A stretch of 63,572 bases of DNA, counting the filler, from Reticulomyxa filosa (lineage: Eukaryota > Protista > Foraminifera), in assembly GCA_000512085.1 (NCBI GenBank). It is 14 parts of 14 records of this genome, joined end to end, with 100 filler letters (N's around TTAATTAATTAA, not from the genome) between each part and the next. Parts side by side here need not be neighbours in the genome. Positions count along the whole stretch, not along the records: positions 13,057 to 15,396 come from ASPP01000840.1; positions 15,497 to 25,986 come from ASPP01007299.1; positions 26,087 to 31,357 come from ASPP01005253.1; 11 more parts are not named here. One strand, given 5' to 3'. Position 1 is the stretch's first letter. Each line of letters starts with the position of its first letter. The translations under genes were made by a program, and so were the position numbers. Shown one piece after another: positions 13,057 through 26,124 of this stretch. Under the pieces are notes generated by a model that did not search any database, had not been told where the DNA came from, and worked only from the letters and a program-made list of their open reading frames with translations.

Positions 13057-13199
13057 ACCAATTTCATATTCAAAAACTACAAGATTAGTAGATATTTTTT
13101 AAAAAAAAAATTTGGTTTAAATCTTTATTTTTCATGGAGAAAATCGATTCTCTTCATATAGTGCCATTTAGGTATGGCAGTTTTTTTTGCAATCTACTG
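13057..13199. mobile_element. MITE half copy (Tc1/mariner-like TIR ending ...TTGCAATCTACTG|TA)
   Basis: Near-identical to 43301-43421 and homologous to the full palindromic copy at 49785-50057; followed by TA. Confidence 0.8.
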
Positions 13200-13229
13200 T
13201 ATATAATATTTTTTTTCCGTCATGTTTAT

Positions 13230-14130
13230 TTTTTGCGGCTTTGATGGATCATCTTTTAAAAGTTGTATTCTAAGCAATTTTTGCATGTTCCAATTATATA
13301 TAATTTTGTATGGTCCAACAAACTTTGCTGTAATTTGGCCTTGTTTCCAGTGCGCTGATAGTCTACATATAATAATACTCAGTATACATTTCATTACCAA
13401 ATTTTTGCTATCAAGCGTACAATATATAATAGAAACTGTACTTCATTACCTGACAACACTGTCTCAGGGACACTATGTTTGAATATACGTCCATTTACAA
13501 ATGTTAGTGCAATATCTTTGAATAGATTCGTCATTGTCATAATAAATTTGTAACATAATTTAGTTTCCAGTTGTATGCATAATATATATTGCTACAATTG
13601 AAATGATCTTATGGCAGAAAGGCGTTGAATATAAATAAACTTTGAGTTGATATCCTCTTTTGATATTTGGCAAACAAAGCATTCTTTACAAAATTTTGTA
13701 GGGCAAATCCCTATTACAAATGGCTGAACCCTTACGGAACTGAGGAGCTCCCGTTGGGTTAAACTTCTCCACCAAACTTTCTTCACTTCATGTTTTTTGT
13801 CTTTCTTCTTCCTTATTGAGTTATTCATTTTGGTTATTCAATTTACTTTGTTTTACTGAAAGCCAATCTCAATTCGAGTAAAATCTTTTCGTATTACATT
13901 TAGTGTAGCTCTCTACAGTAGACACCCACAATTTTAAAAGTCTTTATCTATTTTGGGCCAGTATAACATTTCTTTAATTAATGCTAATATTCTATTAGAA
14001 TGTGATGTTACGTTAATGTATGTGAATGGAAAATCACATTTGATTACGTTCGTGTAATATGTATATGTGTAAATGCCGTTTTATGTATGACCCTTTTCAC
14101 AGATTGGGACATATATAATGATTTGATATA
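13230..14130 (-). mobile_element. Decayed Ty3/Gypsy-like LTR-retrotransposon integrase
   Basis: In order on the minus strand: YVP..., LIKEMLYWPKIDKD and FCKECFVCQISK (H2C2 zinc domain), FVNGRIFKHSVPETVLSGNEVQF (degenerate rve core xPxxIxSDNGxQF, about 13433-13510), AKFVGPYKI (GPY/F motif, about 13302-13326); stops, frameshifts and deletions throughout. Confidence 0.75.
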
Positions 14131-14210
14131 TAATTTAGAAAATACATTATTGATAATTTCTTCTGCTAAATATAAATGACATAATGAAAAACTATTCAAG
14201 TATTATATTA

Positions 14211-14232
14211 CAGTAGATTGCAAAAAAAACGA
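14211..14232 (+). mobile_element. Isolated MITE terminal repeat (TA|CAGTAGATTGCAAAAAAAAC)
   Basis: Reverse complement of the end of the 13057-13199 copy, preceded by TA. Confidence 0.6.
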
Positions 14233-15072
14233 CTATTCAATTGTGGAGAAACGTAAGTTCAAAAAATAAGATTACACGTACAATTGTTTTATCAAAAGAA
14301 ATAACTTATGATGTCTATTTTCATAAATAACTTCATTATCCAATATCAATGATACTTCAGTTGTGATCCATTAACCAATATGTCATCAGAAATGTATTGT
14401 ATTTGACGACTCTTTCTTTCCATGTTTGTATCTTGCAGAAAATTACAACACAATACAAAAAATTACTTTGTTTCAAAATATCTTTGTTCTTTTTCACAAA
14501 GAGTTTTGCTGATCCTTCCAAAATTGATATTGATTATTGATAGCTTTGTTTCTCGTATCAAGCAAAACAAGTAGAGAGAATGATTAATCCACATACTGAA
14601 ACAAAGACATTAGCACAACCGCTCCATTTTAATTCGTTTAGATACCTTTTTGTGTTTTTCTATAATCACTGTTTGATACATATCATCAATTGCTCACCGG
14701 ATTGAACTTGTTGTCTCTTAACACACACTTTTCCTTTTTACTTTAAGTGTTCGATACTATTCAAAAACGATATCAAATAAACATTAAAAAAAAATTTTAA
14801 AAATTATTAGTGATTTGCAATAAAGAAAACAAAATATTTGAAATATCTTGCAATTTATGTTGCTATTTGAATACAATTTTCATTCATTATTCTTTGAATT
14901 ATTTAAAAAATATTGAATGAAGCTTTTTTAACTTTTCTAGATAACAAAGTAAAACCAATCTTTCAATGCTGCATTCAATCAAATCAAACAAATGTAATTT
15001 ATCACCTTATTTTCCTTTTAATCAAACTTTTCAAACAAAAACAATTTCGTTTCTTATTCGACAAAAAGTAAA

Positions 15073-15396
15073 TTATCCCCAAATACGAATGAGACCATTG
15101 CCTGAACCATAACGCAAATTCAAGTCATATTTAATATCATTCGTATTCTCTTTCTTTTTCAAGACAATAAATTTAAGACAATATATTCCATTATCTTCTT
15201 TCTCATCTCCTTTGATAATATATAATTCATTCTTATTTGATCGAATATCCCAAAAACGAATTGTGTTATCCAATGATCCAGAACATATCACATTTGAATT
15301 AACAATACTATTCTTTATTACAAATGGTGAATATTCAACAGCAAACACACATTTTGTATGTCCATTGAATACTTGAATTTGTTGATCAGATCGAAT
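15073..15396 (-). CDS. WD40-repeat protein, C-terminal fragment (YSPF/ICSGS type)
   Basis: FNGHT..VFAVEYSPF...ICSGSLDNTIRFWDIRSNK...IRIWG; paralogous to 18280-19651. Confidence 0.85.
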   Translation of the reverse strand: MRSDQQIQVFNGHTKCVFAVEYSPFVIKNSIVNSNVICSGSLDNTIRFWDIRSNKNELYIIKGDEKEDNGIYCLKFIVLKKKENTNDIKYDLNLRYGSGNGLIRIWG

Positions 15397-15496
15397 NNNN
15401 NNNNNNNNNNNNNNNNNNNNNNNNNNNNNNNNNNNNNNNNTTAATTAATTAANNNNNNNNNNNNNNNNNNNNNNNNNNNNNNNNNNNNNNNNNNNN

Positions 15497-15534
<38 letters not shown>

Positions 15535-15608
15535 TTTCTCGCGTGTGTTTTTTTTTGAAAGTTTAAAAATATTATAAAAAAAAAAAAACGTATACTTTTT
15601 TTTCGGAC

Positions 15609-15854
15609 TTGTGGAGTGATGAAAGGCATTGTGTTATGAAAAAATGAATCCATTTGTGCCAATATTTGTTCGTTGATATTATAACTTGGCCCGAACAGAC
15701 CGTTCTCGTTTCTTATGCTCCTGCCTCCGTTAGGGTAGGCGTGATCACCTACTGCATGCTTGTCTATTATGTGAGGGGATAAATGAATTAGGTCAGCTCG
15801 TGGTATCATTCCCACTGACCCGAAAGTAGGATTCTTGTGCGAGTTGTGACTCAT
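15609..15854 (-). CDS. First exon of a hypothetical protein (3' truncated)
   Basis: ATG at 15854, 82 codons, candidate donor GTCCGA followed by an AT-rich intron into the contig end. Confidence 0.5.
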
Positions 15855-16399
15855 CCTTTTGTTTTGTTTTGTTTTTTAACACTATATTGCCTATTTCTTT
15901 CGATAAAAAATAACAATAAAACAAAATGCTTTGCCTTTTCTTGCGAATATATCAAGCCCAAAAAAAGGTATATTATGTCGATGGAAATAAAGTCCCTTTT
16001 CCCTTTTTCTTGTTTAGTATTAAATTATCCAGTCTTAGACACCACAACTGAAAAAAATACTTTTAACAACCACATGAAGTTTAAAACGACATAGCCAACA
16101 AATTTTAATCCAAAGAAAACTTTTTGATCTTTTTAGTTGTTGACAGTTCTGTTTAAATTAGAATTATTTTTGGCTGATAGCTTTTTTAATGTCAGTAATA
16201 CCAAAATTTCAATCAACGATTTTGTTGTTGTGAATAACCAATACATTATTTTTCTAAAAAAACCGTGTTTCTGTTTGGAAAAAAAAAGTGTTTTACAAAA
16301 AAGATTTTCTTTTTGTTTTTTTAAAAGCTCTGTCATTTGAGAATGTTAAACAGAGAATACCAAGATATTTACCTTGAAGGAAGTAAGCTATGTGGAGGA

Positions 16400-17597
16400 A
16401 TGATGAATAACAACAAAGAAAATCAACAAGCCATAACGATACCTTTGGTAACGATTTGTGTAAAACGTAATTTTTGTTTGTGTCGGCTTGTGTGTAGGGA
16501 AGTAAAGAAAAGCACATCCAAATGTCACAATAACAAAAAAAGACAAAAAGAGTGCTGAAGGCAATACTATTAAATTGGCTTCGATCCAGTTTTGTCGATT
16601 TGGGATGGATTGACGATTTCAACTCTATCATCACTAAATATGTTTTGTGGTTTAATTTTTTTTAATGTCACAACATATGCATTTATTTTGAAGCACATAA
16701 TAACTCAATTAGATCAAACACTTTGATCTATTAAAAGTGTTTCACGTGCATGCGGATGTAATAACAAGTGCAAATTTTTCACCAGATGGTAATAAAATTG
16801 TTTCCTCATCGGGTGACAATACAATTGTGTTATTGGATATAGTAGCACCGAACACGAAGCAGGTATTGAGAGGACATTCAAGCTGGATTACGAAAGCACA
16901 ATTTTCACCACATGGAGATACAATTGTGTCATGTTCATACGATGCAATAATTCAACTGTGGGATGTGAAATCTGGACAAAAAGTGAGGAAATTTGAAGGG
17001 CATTCGGGTGGTGTAATGGGAGTGCAATTTTCATCAGATGGTAATATGCTTGTATCTTGTTCACGTGACAAAACGATTCGATTGTGGAATGTAAAGTCGG
17101 GACAACACATGAAAACATTAGAAGGACATTCCAAGTTAGTCCGATCAGCGCAATTTTCATCAGATGGCAAAACCATTTTATCATGTTCGGATGATGAAAC
17201 AATTGGGCTATGGGATGTGGAGTCAGGTGAACGACTGCGTGAATTGATTGGACATTCCGATTCGGTATGGGATGCTGGATTCTCGCCAGATAACTGTACT
17301 ATTGTGTCGTGTTCATTGGATAGAACCACGATATTGTGGGATGTGAAATCTGGGGATGTGCTCCGAAAGTTAGAGGGACACTCCAGCTGGGTATATGCTG
17401 TCCAGTTTTTTCCAGATGGAAAAACAATTGCGACGTGTTCATATGATAGGACCATTCGATTGTGGGATGTGAAATCGGGAAAAGAGCTACAAAAATTAGA
17501 GGGTCATAGTGGGGCTGTAAGAGGGATTGCCATCTCAGGAGACGGAAGTACAATTGTGTCATGTTCTGAAGATCGAACAATTCGATTGTGGAACTAA
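16400..17597 (+). CDS. Adaptor-module + 7-bladed WD40 protein (FSPDG type); exons 16400-16447, 16543-16641, 16713-17597
   Basis: Seven regular 42-aa repeats GHSxxVxxxQFSxDGxxIVSCSxDxTIRLWDVKSG; three phase-0 exons join in frame; the 99-nt second exon encodes LNWLRSSFVDLGWIDDFNSIITKY. Confidence 0.9.
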
Positions 17598-18279
17598 AAG
17601 ATACAAATTAAAATTAAAAACAAAAGAAGTGTTACTTCGAAATTAATTTTCAAAATATACTTTGTTTTTAATTTTTCTATGAAATATAAAAAATTGGCTT
17701 CATTTTACTTTATACTTTTCCGACTGCATAATCCAACGCAAATCATTTGACATTCTTTGATGTTCTTTTTCTCTTTAAGTCTGATTACACTCTGGAGAAA
17801 ATTGGTGTAATACCATCAGGTCATTAATTTTTAAAATACTGTTTGCTACCTTTTTGCATGAAACAAAGACTAAGTTTTTTTGCTGGACACAGATCAAATA
17901 CCACAATGATTTTATATCATGATTGATTTGTAAATATGTGGGTGTGTTATTGTGCTGTTACCTAACAATAAAAATTATAACTTTATTAAGAGTAAGCAAA
18001 TTTACAAGTAACTTAAAGTATTCAAGAACAGAAAATATATTTCTAGTGATATTGAAGAAAAACTCATTAACATAGATAGAACAACTCCAACATATAGAAG
18101 AAAAATAAATTGTATAAAGTATTGTCACTTCTAATGAAAATGAGACTAATAATTCAAAATATTTAGAAATCACACAATTTCTTTTTTTGCACAAAAGGGG
18201 AGTAGAAGACTGTAACAATTTTTACAATTTTTTTTAAAAAAATTTAAAACTTATAATCTTTCCGCAGTAAGTAAAGAGG

Positions 18280-19651
18280 ATGAGCACTAAAATCGACAAA
18301 AAAGAACAGCTGGTCTCACAAGTAGTAAGCTTTCCTAGAAGTAAGAACACAACTAGACGTTGTTGTACGACTTGAAAAATAGGCAATGAATAAGACAAAA
18401 ATGGTTATTCAATATTGGATTCGAATATTAAAGATTAAATTAGGATGGATTAATGACTTTGATAAAATTGTTGTCAATTATGTTATGTTTTTCATTAATT
18501 TGTTTTTTATTCAAGTAATAATCAAAATATTTAAATATTTTTTAACGTTACTACAGGCAGTTATATTCTTTGTGCTGGATACATTTCGTTCATCATCCAA
18601 ATTACGCAATACTTTCAATGGACACACTTGGTGTGTGAATAGTATTGATTATTCAACATTCTATGGTAATCAATTACTTTGTTCTGGATCAGCTGATAAA
18701 ACAGTTCGTGTATGGGATATGGATACTAATAAACAAATTCAATCATTCAATGAACATTCAGATTCTGTAAATTGTGCAAGATTCTCATCATATCATTATC
18801 ATAATTATCGCCATGATGTCATTTGTTCTTCATCACAAGATAAAACAATTCGTTTTTGTGATATCAAAAATAAGCAACAATTACAATTATTTAACGGACA
18901 CACTGATAGTGTTTGTAGTATTGAATTTTCATCATTTAATGGTGGTAGATATTTGTGTTCTGGATCATATGATAGAACAATTCGTTTATGGGATATTGAA
19001 ACAGCTAAATCATTACATGTTTTCAATGAACATGAATATTGCGTTCGATGTGTGGATATTTCACCATTGCAAAGCAATAATAACAATAATGATAACAAAA
19101 ATAATAATATTGGTGTGATTGGTGGAAATGGATATACAATTTGTTCTGGGTCATTTGATACAACTATTTGCGTATGGGATATTGAGACAACCAAACAATT
19201 AATTTCATTCAAAAGACATGAAGGGGGAGTGATGAGTGTAAAATATGGAGCAAATGAACTAAGAAATACAATATTATCTGGATCATATGATAAAAGTGTT
19301 CGTCTGTGGGATATTCGATCTGGTAAGCAAATTCAAGCATTCAATGGACATATGGATGTAGTATTATGCGTTGAATATTCACCGTTTATAATAAAAAATA
19401 ATAATGAAGTTAGTGGTAATTCAAACGTGATATGCTCTGGATCAAGAGATAATACAATTTTTTTTTGGGATATTCGATCAAATAGGGATGAAATACATAT
19501 GATTGAAGGGGAAAAAGGGAATTATGGGATAAGATGTATTAAATTTGTATTATTGAAAAACAGAGGAAAGAGCGATGGACAAAAATCAAATGATTGTGAT
19601 GTCAATCTATTTTATGGTTCACATAATGGTCCCATTCATGTTTGGGGATGA
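18280..19651 (+). CDS. Adaptor-module + WD40 protein (YSPF/ICSGS type); exons 18280-18324, 18383-18481, 18557-19651
   Basis: WD40 repeats FNGH...LCSGSxDxTIRLWD; the 99-nt second exon encodes QYWIRILKIKLGWINDFDKIVVNY; the 75-nt in-frame intron 18482-18556 is read through by the ORF track. Confidence 0.9.
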
Positions 19652-20016
19652 ACACATATGAATAAAGTCTCTTTTTTAATTTTACAATAACTTTGTTTTT
19701 GATTTTCATTTTTCAGCTTTATTTTAAAATTTGGATTCATGATTTTGTAACATTTGCCATCATATCATTATCTTTTTTTCATCTTCTTGATTCTTTTCGC
19801 CATTTTTGTTGTCTATTTCATTTTATTTTTGTTTCAAATTGAAATGAAAAACTATATTAAGCAATCATATCAATTAAAGACGTAAAGTTCAAATTCACTT
19901 GCAGATACAATGTCGACAATGGATTCAACAAGCAAATTTTCAATAAATTTTAGATTTAGTTAACACAAAACTGCTTTCCAAATCTGTCATTATTATTTTA
20001 CAGCAGCTATAAGTGC

Positions 20017-20100
20017 ACGTAAGGTTGCAGAAAAAACTAAACATATAAAATACTACATATGAAGATGATCAATTTTCTCCATGAAAAGCAAAATTAAACT
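20017..20100 (+). mobile_element. Degenerate MITE left arm
   Basis: GGTTGCAGAAAAAACT...ATATGAAGATGATCAATTTTCTCCATGAAAA matches the arm of the 13057/49785 family. Confidence 0.55.
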
Positions 20101-21284
20101 TTTTTGGATAAATTTTATTTGTTTTGAGTTTTATTGGTTTTTTTGTTTTTAATGCTATTTCAACTTAAAATTATTTTTGTTGCTTTCAAAGATCGAAATT
20201 GTATTGTAATTTTTAAATAGAATTTGTGTACCTCGTCGTAATAAATGAAACTTGCATTGTTTATTGTTTGATATTCTAATAACTGTCGAATTTGACGTAT
20301 CAATCAAATATACTTGATGTGCTGGATACACTGCGTAATCAAAAAGTTAACGGAAATTATTCTTTAATTTTAATTATATACAAAATCATAATGTCCATTT
20401 TAGAAAACAGTTAAAAATTAGAAAAAAAGTACATTGCACAAAAACAATACAAATAAACACAAGAAATTTAATTTCACTTTTTGGAAATATATGTTGCGTT
20501 GTTTGTTCAGTTTTTTTTGTAATTTACATTAAAAATAAATCAATAAATGTTAGTTGTAAAGAAAAATTACATTGTGATCATTGATTTATTTATAATCTGC
20601 ACATCCAATTACAGTTACAAACTGTTCGTGATTGCACATAGATGCGCACGTACTGATAAGAGCCAGCTGTTGTACACTTACATGTGGTAATATAATAAGA
20701 AAAGTATGATGTATATGGAAACAACTTATCAAGTATACCGCACTTTGAAGTGTTATTCTTTTGACTTGTATACATGATATAAATTTCATTAATACACTTT
20801 TTTTCACAACAATTTACTGTCCAAAATATCACATTTTTAAAAATAACTTGGATATTGAACACAAACGTCTTGGTCATACAAGTGGCAAAAGTCCATACCG
20901 AAATGGTACCTTATGAAGATAGTCGATTTTCTATGTCAAAAGTCAATTTTTTTTAATACAGTAAAATGCAAAAGAAAGTTGATAAATAAGACTGCACTTT
21001 ACATACAGTTGCGGTCAAAAGTGTTTAGATGTTGCGAATTTTCTGAAGTTTTTTACTTAAATGCAAATATCTTTATAATGAAAAATAATTTTCTGAAAAT
21101 TTATATGAGTTATATCTTACATTTATACTCTAGAAATATGCAATTTTTTGATTTTTCAGATTGATAATTTATAATCTAATTTTAACATACAATGTATTTG
21201 AATACCATCAACTTAAAAGTAAATTTTTCCAAAAAGTTAAAAATTCGTTATTGCTCAAATGCCGTAGCTTAAATATTAAAAAAT

Positions 21285-21395
21285 TTAAAAAAATGAAAAC
21301 GAAAAAAAAACCAAAAAGAAAGAGTTTGATCCAGGCGGTGCCAAAAGACTACGCCTGGATTAAACTTTTTCTTTTTCTATTTTTTTTAATTTTTC
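21285..21395. repeat. Hairpin repeat, family 2 (GC core with A-rich and T-rich arms)
   Basis: AGTTTGATCCAGGCG...CGCCTGGATTAAACT inverted repeat; related to 48570-48690. Confidence 0.65.
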
Positions 21396-23532
21396 CAAAG
21401 TAAAAAAAAAACCTTGTTGTTACTTTGTCTTTTCATATTTGAAAGAGAATGCTTGGATCATATCAAAATATACTAAAAATGACTACTAATTTCAAAGATT
21501 AAAAATAAAAAATAAAATTGAATTGTAATCTAGTACGTTATGAAAAACTATTTTCTATCGATTGGTGAAATTCCATTGAAAAAATATTGCTTTATGACAG
21601 TTATGCATCAATCAGTATTTTTCCAAATAAAATTCATGCACTAAGATGTTTTCGTCTTTCACTTGCTTTCTCATTGCGTAATAATGTACTAGTTCATTTA
21701 TTATGTTTACTACGTTATCAATACTAAGTCGACATTGATCATATTCATATTCATGTTAATTTTCATTTCTACATACCAAGTGACAGTTAGTGAATACAAG
21801 TATTCATGCGATTTGGATCGTTGCTTGTGTGTGATAGTGCCAATGCAAACATCAAATGCTTCATTAACCAGATCAAATGTACGTATAAACACTAATCTAA
21901 ACTCTTTGTCTATTGTTTCACATATTGCTTCGGCCACTAAATGTATGTTAAAAACTCAAAATGTATCATATACTGTATGTACAAAAAGGGAATTAAAATA
22001 TATATTCATTTACTATATACCATATTGTTGCATAAATGCATCTTGATGACTTTTGCTATATATAAACGTTGTATACATGTTGTAGCTTTCCTAGTGTCAT
22101 TGGCTAATTGACACTCAAATCATCATTTAGCGTGTCCATATTCGTATATTGACTAGTTTTGTTAAATTGTTGACTTTGACTTATACTTGCTTCTTGTTAT
22201 CGATAATGTCCAATATTTATGATTCAATTTATATCACTTTTATTATCAATAACGTGCTTGACAATTTTTATAAATATTATCTTGCTTTCTATGCTAATGT
22301 CATTTAACTGCAATTACTATTAATGTAAAACTTGTATAATATCTAGTTTGTTAGACAATCTGATTGTACTGTTGACAATTACAAACTTGTAATTTCTCAT
22401 TTACTTGTACTGATCTTTATTAATATCTTTTCTTTTGTATATGATACATTGATCTCATAATACTTGTGTTGCCTTTCAATATGCTTCATCAAACTTGAAA
22501 ATGATTGACATTCAGTAAATAAATACCTTTATCCTTCGCGACGAAACTATGCTTTTATTTTGATAAACTTCTACTCACGTATACGTTGTATTAGCTCATG
22601 CTGCCGATGCGCCTTGAGGTATTACTTTAGATTAAATATCACCCAACCGGGCAATTAAGACTAGTTTCACTATTTTATTATATTGCTGCATTAGTGAAAT
22701 TGCATTTGTCTCAAGTCTTGCAACGCATGTTGCACATTCAACACCATTACCAATTCCACAACTGTTTATTTTCGGTCATTTGAAAAGGCTTCTCAGACGT
22801 TAGAAAGCTTATACAACGCTATCAACAAAAAGTGCGATTTGCCATCGAAAATGATCCATCCAATTTCTGATAGCGTATTTGCGTTGTCTGCATCAAGCCA
22901 GAAACGTTATGTTTTACTGAAATCTCTTCCACTTGCACTAACGATTTATCAGCTTTTTTATCATTGCTTTGTCGAACTTTATCAATGTCCAGATAAATAC
23001 AGCGTTTGTGCCATTGCAAAGCGAATGTACATCGACGCAATGATTAGCGACATTTCGTGAGTTTGGTTCCAAGATATGTTTGCGAACAACGAAATCGATT
23101 TCATGAACAATGAGATGATTACTTCCTTTCAAATACTGCAAGCGGTCCTGTTTATGTTCCTTTTTTTTCCTGTCCCAAACAGTTTGTTTTTTTTATATGC
23201 TGTCAAAAATCCCCTTTAAACAAAGTACTTGCATGAAACGTTATACGTCGCCAACTAGTAAGTTTACACATATTTGTGCGTTTGTGGTATCATGATTGAC
23301 TTTTTTGTTATATCAAATGAAATGATTTTCCTGCCGTTCAAAGCTAGAACGCGAATCGATGCCTAAAAGAAATTAGTTGTATGACGATCAATTTAAATCA
23401 ATAAAATAAACAAACAAAAGTATCGTTCAATAGTTTTGTCAGTGACATCCTGTTTACTGCAAACTAGCACGTTACACTCTCGATTCCAGCCTTAGCAATT
23501 CAATCGCCAAGCATGGAGAAAAAATTGCAATG

Positions 23533-25900
23533 TTACAAGTAATCATAGCCAGAGGACATAACCATGTAGTCCTGCATATATTGAATAGCATTGCCAAGCG
23601 CTAATTTTTTATTTTCGAGATCTCTTTGTTGTTGCGCAGTATTTTCTTTTTTATGTTTTTTTAAAGCGCTGATTTGGGCATCAATTTTGGGTTTCATCAC
23701 CGAAGTCAAAAACATGATAATTTCAGCACGCAAGTCTCTCATTTCCTTATTGCCACAAAAGGTGCTAAAGACTTTGTGTAAATCAGCACAGCGTCGCAGA
23801 TGTTGATCAAATATGCCATCGAATAATGTGTAAACCAGCAAAAGATTTTTTTGGCAGACTTTCATTAAATCCAAAGACTTGAGTACAGTCATCTTGATCA
23901 CTTGCGAGCATATCATTTCGCCCAGCAGTTTGGCCAAGTTGATTATGTCATTGTCATTCATCGACGTCAATTCCTTGAACTTGTCCCACACCGCACATTG
24001 GAAGGCAAACCTCCAATGTTTTTTTTCTTTCAGCAATTTTTCCAGCAGCAGATAATAATAGCGACCATAAGTTTTTTGCTATTTGTTTTTTTTTTTAATG
24101 TTTATTTGGTGATTATTATTTTGCAAAGCAACGTATACAAAAATGAGCAGATATTGAAAAAAAACAATGACTCACAAAATAACTCGAAGAGCTAACAGCA
24201 AAACAATTCGAATCATTTCCTGATGCTTGCCTTCGGACAGATTGAGTTGAGACAGTTTCGAAAACGCGTCCATGTAGTCTTCACTGGACATGACAATGCA
24301 AAAGACAGCTTTTCGAATGGGTGTGTTCATATGGAATTTCTTTGCCATTTCGAGGATCTGAGCAGAAAAAGGCTCTGGTTGTGCGGATGTGTTGATGTCT
24401 GTCTCTTTCCATACGCTTTCGTCACCGTCGCCGCCGTCGCCATTGCCGTTGTTGTCTTTGGTACCGAAATGCGATGATCCCACCAGTTGACCCTTTCGAG
24501 CCGCACCTGCCAGCCACCATCGTCCATGAGTTGGAATTTTCATTATGTCCTCATAGCTGATGTTCAATTTCACATCCTCGTGTAAACTCAATGCTGCTTT
24601 CATTCGATTCAATTTGTTTTGCAAGTTATCAAAGGCAGTGCTTTGATATTCGTTGAGACTGGAACGATTATCTTTGATATCGTATACCAGTTTCATTGTG
24701 CTTTCCACAGACCATTCATCCTGTCCCATCGTGTCCATGTTGTTCACACAGATGTATTGCTCCCTCTCCCTCTCAAACAAACAAATATATAAATAAATAA
24801 CAAACACGTTCGGCAATGCTGACGGTCGCTGTTTCTTTGTTCCAATTCATAACGGCGGCGATCACATCGCGGAATTCGATAGGACTGTCATTGCGTAGTC
24901 TGACGCCGCACAGCTTCATCAGCGTGTGAATCAACGCAAAGCCGACCAGATGCTTTCGCTGCTGACAACATGTAATCAGTGCCAAAGACAGTCCCACCAC
25001 GAACTTGGGCGTCAATGAGCCGAACAAATACAAATACGCAAACAAGCGCAGATACGATATCATCGCCACCTTCCTTTCATTTTCCCATTCCGATTCGTCC
25101 TTCATTATTCGGTCACACTCCAAACACAGTTTCTCAATCACGCCTATTGAATACCACAACACAACACAGTGCACAATACGTATACTACTTTTTCAAACAG
25201 CAAATAAATAAATAAGAAAACAATAAAAAGTAAATAAGTAAGTTTATACTTTCATATACATATATATGTACATATATATATACATATATATATTTATATT
25301 TATATAAAGTATAAAGAAGATATAGTTTAGGCTTATGAAACTGGAGCCCACCAAAGTGCCTAATTGAAAATGAATTCCGGTTACAAACGCAGCCATGCAA
25401 AGAACGATGTGTTGCAAGCCTTTGCTATCTTCGGTGCCACGCAAAGCGCCGATGATCCCTCGACACATGCTTTCGACGACATCATTTCGGGTGAACGATT
25501 GGTTCGCTTCCATGACGCCATTGACTGCCCAATCCAAGTTCGTTTCGTTCAACCGATTCAAATACGACTGTATCTGTCGATCCAACGCGGTGTTTGCCGA
25601 TCGGCCCATCACTCCTTCCTGCAATCGTCGCAGTTGCGGCGGGATGTATTTTCTCTTCACTGATGCTCCTGCTGCTGCTCCTACTACTGCTACTGCTCCT
25701 GCTCCTGCTCCTGTTCCTGCTGCAGCTTCTGCACTTTCGTCCTGCTGCGTTTCTGTCTCTCGCATTCGTGAAAGATTTCTCTTCTTACTGTTCCCGTTGG
25801 CTTCCGCAGCTTCCTGGTTCTCGCTCTGTTCATTGTCCTCTATTAACTCTTCATCTGAGTGTTCCACTGCTTCTCCAAACAATTCTTCACGACGTTTGCG
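23533..25900 (-). CDS. NOM1: Nucleolar MIF4G/MA3 domain protein NOM1/Sgd1 (5' truncated); exons about 25342-25900, 24806-25143, 24184-24720, 23533-24078
   Basis: KYIPPQLRR..., LNRLNETNL (MIF4G), GRWWLAGAA, MNTPIRKAVFCIVMSSEDYMDAFSKL, QKTY...FAFQCAVWDKFKEL, INLAKLLG (MA3); exon phases compatible. Confidence 0.9.
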
Positions 25901-26086
25901 TCTTTCTTTTTTTTCCTTTTTTTATTTTTTTTATTTTTTGATTGGTTGCAAAAAAAAAAAAAATGAGGTTGCATCTTTTTTAAAAANNNNNNNNNNNNNN
26001 NNNNNNNNNNNNNNNNNNNNNNNNNNNNNNTTAATTAATTAANNNNNNNNNNNNNNNNNNNNNNNNNNNNNNNNNNNNNNNNNNNN

Positions 26087-26124
26087 TATCGTTTTAGGCG
26101 TTCAGTTTTCTTTGCAACATACTG
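26087..26124. mobile_element. MITE right terminus (...TTCAGTTTTCTTTGCAACATACTG|TA)
   Basis: Matches the termini of 49785-50057; the contig starts inside the element. Confidence 0.75.

Noticed and set aside
13199-14211. Composite transposon carrying the integrase between MITE ends
   Set aside because: The two ends are a right terminus followed by a left terminus, so they belong to separate insertions and do not enclose the integrase.
20586-23150. Short ORFs between the WD40 gene and NOM1
   Set aside because: Possibly old pseudogene debris, but no recognisable motif or consistent frame.
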